Assembly: GCF_006345805.1 (NCBI RefSeq)
Contig: NC_042998.1
Coordinates: 182,404,001 to 182,468,000, forward strand
From: Octopus sinensis
Lineage: Eukaryota
Length of the DNA: 64,000 nt
Reading direction: 5' to 3'
In this document: piece by piece, positions 55,539 to 64,000 of the stretch
How positions within the stretch are numbered: position 1 is the first letter of the stretch
Layout of the letters: each line of letters starts with the position of its first letter
Made by a program: the position numbers and the translations under genes
The notes under the pieces: generated by a model
Databases searched by the model: none
Told to the model about the DNA's origin: nothing
What the model saw: the letters and a program-made list of their open reading frames with translations, nothing else

Positions 55539-55750
55539 TGTGTGTGTTTGTGTGTCTGTGTTTGTCCCCTAGCATTGCTTGACAACCGATGCTGGTGTGT
55601 TTATGTCCCCGTTACTTAGCGGTTCGGCAAAAGCGACCGATAGAATAAGTACTGGGCTTACAAAAGAATAAGTCCCGGGGTCGAGTTGCTCGATTAAAGG
55701 CGGTGCTCCAGCATGGCCGCAGTCAAATGACTGAAACAAGTAAAAAAGAA
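55312..55750 (+). mobile_element. SINE family B copy
   Basis: Full-length match. Confidence 0.9.
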
Positions 55751-55810
55751 TAAAAAGAATAAAAGAATATTGCTGTGGATGTACCTACTTCCAAGTTAAA
55801 AGGGGATTAT

Positions 55811-56226
55811 GTATTTCTTTATTACCCACAAGGGGCTAAACACAGAGGGGACAAACAAAGACAGACAAAGGGATTAAGTCGATTACATCGACCCCAGTGC
55901 GCAACTGGTACTTTATCTATCGATCCCGAAAGGATGAAAGGCAAAGTCGACCTCGGCTGAATTTGAACTCAGAACGTAGCGGCAGACGAAATATTCGTTT
56001 CTTTACTACCTACAAGGGGCTAAACACAAAGAGGACAAACAAGGACAGATAAACGGATTGAGTCGATTATATCGACCCCAGTGCGTAACTGGTACTTATC
56101 TAATCGACCCCGAAAGGATGAAAGGCAAAGTCGACCTCGGCGGAATTTGAACTCAGAACGATGCGGCAGACAAAATACCGCTAAGCATTTCGCCTGGCGT
56201 GTTAACGTTTCTGCCAGCTCGCCGCC
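55811..56226 (-). mobile_element. SINE family A dimer with 13-bp TSD
   Basis: TSD aaaaggggattat at 55798-55810 and 56231-56243. Confidence 0.9.
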
Positions 56227-56524
56227 TTATAAAAGGGGATTATATCAGCAGCTCGGATATAGAAGCTGGAGGTTTCGAAGCAGTTGTCCATAGATATTTT
56301 ATTTTTCTTGGATTTTCAAAGAGATATTTATATCTGCAGGGCAGCTGACCTCTATGATGGTACATACATTTGCCCCTCTGTCTCAAATAACAATATCCGG
56401 TCTCTTATGTTTACATTTGACAGAAGTTTTGATGGTAATATTCCACGTATGTATGTATGTATGTATGTATGTATGTATGTATGTATGTATGTATGTATGT
56501 ATACATGTATGTGTATGTATGTAT

Positions 56525-56577
<53 letters not shown>

Positions 56578-56706
56578 GTTAATCCAAACATGAAAACACA
56601 AAAAAACACAACGCGAGGACGTGGAACAAATATAGTATTATTGGACGCTCAGGAAAGAAGAGAAGACAGAGGGTAAAAAATCGCCTACGGTACACACGAG
56701 GTCACA
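56578..56706 (-). mobile_element. About 200-bp element family, copy 3 (HHR segment deleted)
   Basis: Ends match 10393-10598; the middle containing the HHR is missing between gaaagaag-like microhomologies. Confidence 0.7.
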
Positions 56707-56746
56707 TACATGCATACATACATACATACATACATACAAATATATA

Positions 56747-56838
<92 letters not shown>

Positions 56839-56955
56839 TATATGTATATATGTATGTATATATATATATGTATATTTATATTGGAAAAGGATGCGTGGCG
56901 TTCAATCATATAATAATATATAATATATGCATATATACATACATATTTGTACATA

Positions 56956-57095
<140 letters not shown>

Positions 57096-57569
57096 ATATA
57101 TATATAAAGATGTGCGTGTTAACATACATATACATATATATGTATGTCTATTATATATAGTTATGCGTTTGCGCACGCGTATATATATATCTATTCAAAT
57201 GCATTTGTTCATATGTATGTGTTCTACCCGCGCCCATGCAGCCGGCATATTCCATACATTAGGTGTCCGAAGGAAATTAAACATAAATCATAGAAGTAGC
57301 TCATGAAATTAATTTAATTAAAAGACCACTGTGCAGTGGAGTGATCTAAAGATCGTTAGAAAACAAGTTCTGCACTTTCGTGCGTACGGCTGGGAGACAA
57401 TAAATAAAGGGGATAATATGGTCTTCTTTCAGGCGGGATACGGATGCACTTTAATGTAAGGGACAGCTATTACTGAAAATAAATGGAATTTGAGAGTTGC
57501 TGCCATAAGAGACTTGAGGCTATCTGCAGCTACCACCAACGACTCCCCATCACCTCTATCACTTCCACC

Positions 57570-57614
57570 ATTAATACCACCACCACCACCACCACCACTA
57601 CTACTACTACCACC

Positions 57615-57650
<36 letters not shown>

Positions 57651-57791
57651 TCAACTACTACTACTACTACTACTACTACTACCAACACCACCATCACCAC
57701 CACACCACCACACCACCACCACACCACCATCACCACCACCACCACCACCACCAACCACCACCATCCACCACCACCACCACCACCACCACCA

Positions 57792-57839
<48 letters not shown>

Positions 57840-57840
57840 A
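57570..57840. repeat. (CCA)n/(CTA)n compound repeat
   Basis: Direct inspection. Confidence 0.9.
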
Positions 57841-58078
57841 GTCGTCGCCGCCGGCGCCGGCGCCAGCTACCCGTCGCCACACTTACTTGCAGCACCATTA
57901 TCATCAGCATCTTCGTTAATTCTATTACAACTGCCACCGCTACTGGCCGAAACTTCGAAGTCATTATCAATACTATTCTTAAAGAATAATAAAGTTGTAC
58001 TGTACCAAATGCATTGAGCAATACTTCAAATTTAATTTTAAAATCATTTTTATTTTGATATTAAAAACAAACATATAT

Positions 58079-58235
58079 AGGCGTGGATGTGTGGTAAGAA
58101 GTTTGCTCCCCAACCACATGCTTCCACGTTCAGTCCCGCTGCGTGGCAACTTGGGCAAGTGCCTTCTACTATAGCGTAGTGTCGACCAAAGCCTTGCGAG
58201 TGGATATGGTATCGGAAACCCATTGTATATGTACA
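58079..58235 (+). mobile_element. SINE family B 5' part (diverged)
   Basis: ggcgtggatgtgtggtaagaag...cttgggcaagtgccttctactatag. Confidence 0.75.
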
Positions 58236-58236
58236 T

Positions 58237-58273
<37 letters not shown>

Positions 58274-58617
58274 CTAGCAATGCATCCCGGCATTGTATTA
58301 TTTGCTCCTTTCTTATGGGCAGAATCGGCACAGCTGATAGTTAATGGAATAACGGAAGTTATTGTTAGTTTAATAGTGAAGGGTGAGGGTACAATTTGCA
58401 TGAAAGTGTTTTCTGTTCTTAAGAAGGATCAGAAACTATATAATGTTTCATCGTATAAAAGGGGGTTAATACGATTTTGTCCAGAGATCATTTTTCCAAT
58501 ATTTAAATTTCCTCCTATCCTCACCGCAATTTCTTAATTTGTAACGTTTTTCGATTTTTTTTCTACGTAGAAAAATACAGAGATTACAAAGAATCTAGGA
58601 AATATATATATATATCT

Positions 58618-58757
58618 TTCCTTTCCCTATGTTTCTGACGAAGAGCTCCGCTCGAAACGTTAAACCCTCCTTCTTTCTTTCCTTTCATGAGCGTACAATA
58701 ACACTATACTTGTTCCACGTCCTCGCGTTGTTGTGTTTTCATGTTTGGATAAACTAT
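58618..58757 (+). mobile_element. About 200-bp element family, copy 4 (partial)
   Basis: Reverse orientation relative to copies 1-3; flanked by (TA)n. Confidence 0.7.
58631..58665 (+). ncRNA. Minimal type I hammerhead motif with intact core
   Basis: GTTT-CTGACGA-A-GAGC-TCC-GCTC-GAAA-CG-TT-AAAC; ACGT palindrome in place of stem III. Confidence 0.7.
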
Positions 58758-58768
58758 ATATATATTAT

Positions 58769-58877
<109 letters not shown>

Positions 58878-59594
58878 TGTATGTATGTATGTATGTATAT
58901 ATACGAGCAAAACACCTCCCGTCCAATGGACGGTACTGAGTTGTCAAACATTTAAACAAAATTTTCTCAAAATAACTTGTCCGACCGTCCCATAGGCTTC
59001 CTCTTTGAGAAACACTAAATTAACCTAAATTTGAGACACCAGCAAAAGAAGAAATAAAGATAGACTTTTTTTCTATTCCAAAGAAAAACGATATTATTCA
59101 CTTTATCGATCGCAATCTCACCTGGAATCGATTTTTGTAATTTTTTCAAGACTCATATACGCCCTGATACCGTCGGTATTTACATATCAAATTTGAGCGC
59201 AATCAGATGGAGGATGCCCGAGATCCTAGAAGACACACACACACAGACAGACAGAACGGATTTTATACTACTGCGGTAAATCTGCTTTTCAGCAAGGTAT
59301 TTATAGTATTTATATTAAGAAAGATAAATAATTGACACATACTTACACATATATGCGCGCAGGGCACACACACACACACACACCACACACACACACACAC
59401 CACACACACACACACACACCACACACACACATTTCAGGTCATATTACGTCTGATGACGTAGGCTAAGAAGTACATACAATAAGTGCTCAAGTTGACAACT
59501 TGCTTAAGCACCAGCTTGAACTGCAATTATAAATACCGAGATGTTATATCTGTCTAATGAAGATTGTCTATAGACAAGTGTTTCAATCGAATTG

Positions 59595-59641
<47 letters not shown>

Positions 59642-59647
<6 letters not shown>

Positions 59648-60228
59648 TAATAAATAAAATATATGCATACATACAAACATATATGTACGTACCTACATCT
59701 ACATGTATATATATGCATATATAAATATATATACGTGAGTACAGGACACCACAACTAGACATTATTTTTATTTCTCGTATTGTATTTTCTTGTACATGTA
59801 TTTTTATCTTGTATTTTATTTTGTACTTTTATTTGTATCGTGTTTACGTCCTGTTTGTGTTACATTTTTTTCTTTCTTTGTTTTTACCCCTCTGCGAAGT
59901 AATTTTATTTTAATTCTCTCGCAGGAAGGGCTAGTTTTACGAGTCGTGTTCTGTCTTACCTTCGAAACACGCTAGAGTTAAACTAGAGACAGCTGATGAA
60001 GGGGATTTTTCCTTGTGTAGTTTGTCTTGTACTCTGTTTTTCTGTTTGAAAAAAATGGCTTGTTCCATGCTTGTTTTTCCGTTTTCGTTTCTCGTTGAGT
60101 TCTACGTCTAGTTGTGGTGTCTTGTACTCACCTATATATATATTTATATATGCATGTATATATACATGTAGATGTAGGTACGTACATATATGTTTGTATG
60201 TATGCATATATTTTATTTATTACACTAT
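59642..60228. mobile_element. pLTR-like element with about 120-bp inverted termini that include microsatellite
   Basis: 59642-59760 is the reverse complement of 60106-60228 with few differences. Confidence 0.75.
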
Positions 60229-60371
60229 TGATTGACAGCGCCCTCGCGTCGATTCGATTCGATTCGTTCGTTCCGTTGTTTGTGTATGGCAGGTTTGGTA
60301 GCCTTCAACTAAAACTATCTCCTCAGAGACCCTGCAGAGATTCGTTCGTTCCGTTCTTATTCTCCAAGTAC

Positions 60372-60419
<48 letters not shown>

Positions 60420-60449
<30 letters not shown>

Positions 60450-60825
60450 CTGAAGTTGTTTGTGTATGGCAGGTTTGGTAGCCTTCAACTAAAACTATCT
60501 CCTCAGAGACCCTGCAGCGCAAGTTGACCAAAATTGAGAGTATGATAGAAGAAGGCTTGCTCTTCCTTCTGTTGAAGAAAAAATTCAAATCGAACCATGT
60601 TAACAGCAAAAATTATTTACATCAAAAAGGTGCTTTTATTCTATGAAAATCCCTATTTTTAACAATTTTTTTGACTGCTGTGTCGCCATTTTTCGGTGTA
60701 TTTCAACCAGAGAAATGTTCACTTAAAGAGAATAACAAGCTATATAATGCAAAATTTTTACTTTTCAAAAATTCCAATTCTAAAGGGTCGAAACAAATCC
60801 GAGCAACGCCGGGCGATACTGCTAG
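60420..60825 (-). mobile_element. HINE/DINE-like element (same family as 2547-2946)
   Basis: Ends ccgagcaacgccgggcgatactgctag on the plus strand. Confidence 0.75.
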
Positions 60826-60832
60826 ATATAGA

Positions 60833-61068
60833 ATAAAGGTATTGACTGGCAAACAACCGGTGTCAAGTCAGATTATGAAGATTAATATAATCCTACATTA
60901 ATAAAACTTCATAGTAGAAATGAATGCTAAAGAAGTGTATATAACAAGAGAACTTTTGTGATCTAAACTACTTTAACATTCATTTCTATTATCAAGTCAC
61001 GTCAAATTGAAATACATTAATATCATAATCTGACCCGATAGCAGTTCTTTGCCCGTTTGTACCTTTAT
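60833..61068. mobile_element. Degenerate fold-back MITE
   Basis: ataaaggta..gtcagattatga versus tcataatctgac..tacctttat; inner tagaaatgaatgctaaag versus ctttaacattcatttcta. Confidence 0.55.
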
Positions 61069-61081
61069 TCTATTATATTAA

Positions 61082-61945
61082 AGTGTCAGTGAACCCACAA
61101 TACAAACGGAAGTTATTTTGTATGAATTTATAAATATAATAAATTCGATCGGATGCATAGTTACAAAAATTTACTCGTCGATAAACGAGAAATCAGTCAA
61201 AAAGCGACTTTTTCTCATTTATACACCTTTACAGAATTGAAAACGAGGCTAAAACCAGAATACCGGATATGACGTCACAGCATTGGCACAATTTTCCATG
61301 TTGGATGAGTGAGGACTTCTAGAATATTACCGTTTATTATGAGTTTCAGAGTGTAGTAATATATTTCTTTACTACCCACAAGGGGCTAAACACAGAGGAG
61401 ACAAACAAGGACAGGCAAAGGGATTAAGTCGATTACATCGACCCCAGTGCGTAACTGGTACTTAATTTATCGACCCCGAAAGGATGAAAGGCAAAGTCGA
61501 CCTCGGCGGAATTTGAACTCGGAACGTAACGACAGACGAAATACGGCTACACATCTCGCCCGGCGTGCTAACGTTTCTGCCAGCTCGAGAGTGTAGTAAT
61601 AGACAATCGGACAATGTTTCTATGCACGTTTTTCTCAAGGACGAGCGACAGCGAGCAGCATGGATTCGGTTTGTGAAGCTCGTCAGAGCAGAGTGATCTG
61701 GACCCTTACAGTACAGTGTGGTTTGTTCGGAAAATTTTAATCCACACTGTTTTGAAGTGTAATATTCGCTTATGAAGGAGTTCGGAATGAATAGGAAGAA
61801 ACGTTTATGCCCGGGATCCGTACGGTCTCTTTATCCCGAAGGGAAACCAAACGATCTCAATGAGGCATTTTTGTCGTCTCCCTTCCACACTCCAGAATGC
61901 CCACCTGTTATGAAAAAAGAAAGAAATAGGGCATGTATTGTTTAA
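61082..61945 (+). pseudogene. THAP-domain pseudogene in a probable Kolobok-type DNA transposon, interrupted by SINE A
   Basis: Frame 61592-61945 reads CSNRQSDNVSMHVFLKDERQRAAWIRFVKLVRAE*SGPLQYSVVCSENFNPHCFEV*...RLCPGSVRSLYP, a THAP pattern with degraded HF and AVPT motifs; upstream TTAA followed by agtgtcagtgaac end. Confidence 0.7.
61361..61587 (-). mobile_element. SINE family A with 13-14-bp TSD inside the THAP N-terminus
   Basis: TSD agagtgtagtaat at 61348-61360 and 61588-61600. Confidence 0.9.
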
Positions 61946-61995
61946 GATTTCATTGTTTTCTTCAGACTGAAATTTTCACGGTAAGCTAATTGAAC

Positions 61996-62174
61996 GTATG
62001 TATGTATGTATGTATGTATGTATGTATGTATGTATGTATGTATGTATGTATGTATGTATGTATGTATGTATGTATATGTACGTGTGTGTGTGTATGTATG
62101 TATGTGTGTATGTATGTTTGTATGTATGTATGTATGTATGCATGTATGTACGTGTGTGTGTGTGTGTATGTATG

Positions 62175-62208
<34 letters not shown>

Positions 62209-62330
62209 TGCATGTATGTGTTTGTGCATGTATGTATGTGTATGTGTGTATGTATGTATGCATGCATGTATGTATGTATGTATGTATGTATGTGTGTGTA
62301 TGTATGTATGTATGCATGTATGTATGTATG

Positions 62331-62364
<34 letters not shown>

Positions 62365-62405
62365 TGTATGTATGTATGTATGTATGTGTGTATGTATGTA
62401 TGTAT
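61996..62405. repeat. (TATG)n-derived array
   Basis: Direct inspection. Confidence 0.95.
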
Positions 62406-62439
62406 GTTCAATTAGCTTACTATGAAAATGTAAGGGTAT

Positions 62440-62619
62440 CGCGAAAGACCTGGTTGAAGGCTCAACCTTCCGAGTTCTTTCGCAGGGCTTAGAAAAACTG
62501 AAGGACCGCTGCAATAATTGTGTGAACCCGTGAGGGCGATGTATTCAATAAAATCACAATTAACTGATCCTCCTGTATTTTCTTTTATCCAAACCCAGGG
62601 ACTTTTTAGCACATCCTCA
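62440..62619 (+). mobile_element. Mariner 3' fragment with TIR remnant
   Basis: [23 protein letters not shown] (frameshifted); ends gactttttagcacatcctc. Confidence 0.65.
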
Positions 62620-62739
62620 TCTGTGTGTGTGTGTGTGTGTACATACGTACATACATACATACATACATACATACATACGTACATACATACATACATACAT
62701 ACAGACAGACAGACAGACACGAATTTTAGGTTAGTTAAC

Positions 62740-63135
62740 ACTAGCAGTATCGCCCGGCGTTGCTCGGGTTTGTAAGGGAAATAACTATATAAGCATTTTT
62801 AGAGAGTTATAGCCAAAAAATAGCAAAAAAATGCATTAAAATGGAAAAAAATGATGGTAAATTTTTTTTAAATCGTTGACTCATCGTAGACATTTTTAGA
62901 GAGTTACTTCCCTTATATAATAGCGAAAAAATGCATTAAAATGGAAAAAAATGATGGTAAATTTTTTTTAAATCGTAGACTCATCGTAGACGCGCGCTAA
63001 TACCCAGAAGGGCTCGATATGAATCACGACTATAAGATACCCGGTTTTGGTTAAACTGCACCGCAAAATGTGGGAGTAGTTAGGAATCTAAATCGTAGGA
63101 GACAGACATACAACTTCTCTTTTATATATAAAGAT
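62740..63135 (+). mobile_element. HINE/DINE-like element with internal tandem duplication
   Basis: Same 5' end as 2547; ends gacagacatacaacttctcttttatatataaagat. Confidence 0.7.
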
Positions 63136-63139
63136 ATGA

Positions 63140-63410
63140 TTGTGACATTTTAACTTCAGAAGGTAAATTCACTGCAGTTACTGTGGAGAAAGAATTCTCT
63201 CTCATGGTAAAAAGGTGTAAAAACACCATATCTGCCTAGGGTTTTCTCTCTTCGGTATTCCCCATTGAGGAAGGCTAAAGTGTCAGAAACGATAGGTGAG
63301 AAGCGCTGGGAAGTTACAGTGTTTTTTTTACAACTTTTACCATCAGAGAGGATTTTTTTTACCGCGGTAACTGCAGTGAATTTGCCATGAGAAGTTAAAA
63401 TATGTCACAA
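63140..63410. mobile_element. MITE with about 85-bp imperfect TIRs
   Basis: ttgtgacattttaacttc...ttcactgcagttac versus gtaactgcagtgaa...gaagttaaaatatgtcacaa. Confidence 0.7.
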
Positions 63411-63629
63411 ACCAACCTAAAAATCAGTCACTGATGTTGACTCTTTTTAGTTAAATCCACGGCTTTGGATCTGCCCAGGATCATCTCTTAGGTATTTCCA
63501 ATTAAGGAAAGCTAAAAAGCTAGAAACGGCCGTCTGGGAATATGATAAGGGATGGTGGTGAGGGAAGCATCGGAGAAATATAGTGCTTTTACACGGCTTA
63601 CCATAAGAGAGAATTTTTGGCGCTGATGT

Positions 63630-63669
<40 letters not shown>

Positions 63670-63739
63670 GCTTGCGCGTGTGTTGGAGTTGTCTGCACAC
63701 ATTTATACATACATAAATACTTATAAATATATATATATA

Positions 63740-63995
63740 TATATAAATAATAAATATTAGGGAATAAATCCAAATTTACAGGGAAAAAATCAGATTTAGG
63801 ATAAATCCAATTTATAGTAAAATATTATAAAATATTATTAGAGACAAAACCACTATTTTGCAAAACAAACAAGGAAAGACTTAATCAATACATAAAATTT
63901 AATATTTTGACTATTTATCAAAATTTTATGTATTGATTAAGTCTTTCCTTGTTTGTTTTGCAAAATAGTGGTTTTGTCTCTAATAATATTTTATA
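63740..63995 (-). mobile_element. Second copy of the TA-embedded fold-back repeat
   Basis: Arms 63826-63900 and 63921-63995; family identical to 31173-31430, opposite orientation. Confidence 0.8.
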
Positions 63996-64000
63996 TATAT

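Overview
Repeat-saturated, AT-rich eukaryotic DNA, intergenic or deep intronic, with a 100-N assembly gap at 9737-9836. The SINE families and microsatellite load resemble those I recall from Octopus genomes; this is an inference, no search was run. I find no intact, recognisable protein-coding gene, and most ORFs in the track are translations of (TA)n/(TACA)n/(CA)n/(ATT)n repeats. Supported content: three tRNA-derived SINE families (many as multimers with target-site duplications, TSDs); dead mariner and Tc1 fragments; an R4/Dong-like 3' end; an RTE 3' end with three C2H2 fingers plus two copies of a short non-autonomous element sharing its tail; a Penelope-like GIY-YIG end; a THAP pseudogene in a probable Kolobok element; Helitron/Helentron-like (HINE) elements; a TTAGGG-containing MITE with 8-bp TSDs; and a tRNA-Tyr 5' half fused to a SINE. 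The most interesting signal is a set of small retroelements carrying minimal hammerhead ribozyme (HHR) motifs. One is a TSD-bounded 299-bp-arm fold-back element whose core has the compensatory U3-A8 pair in place of C3-G8. A fold-back (inverted duplication) also recurs at the apparent 5' ends of retro-insertions from unrelated families. Ribozyme activity and all mechanisms are inferred, not shown.
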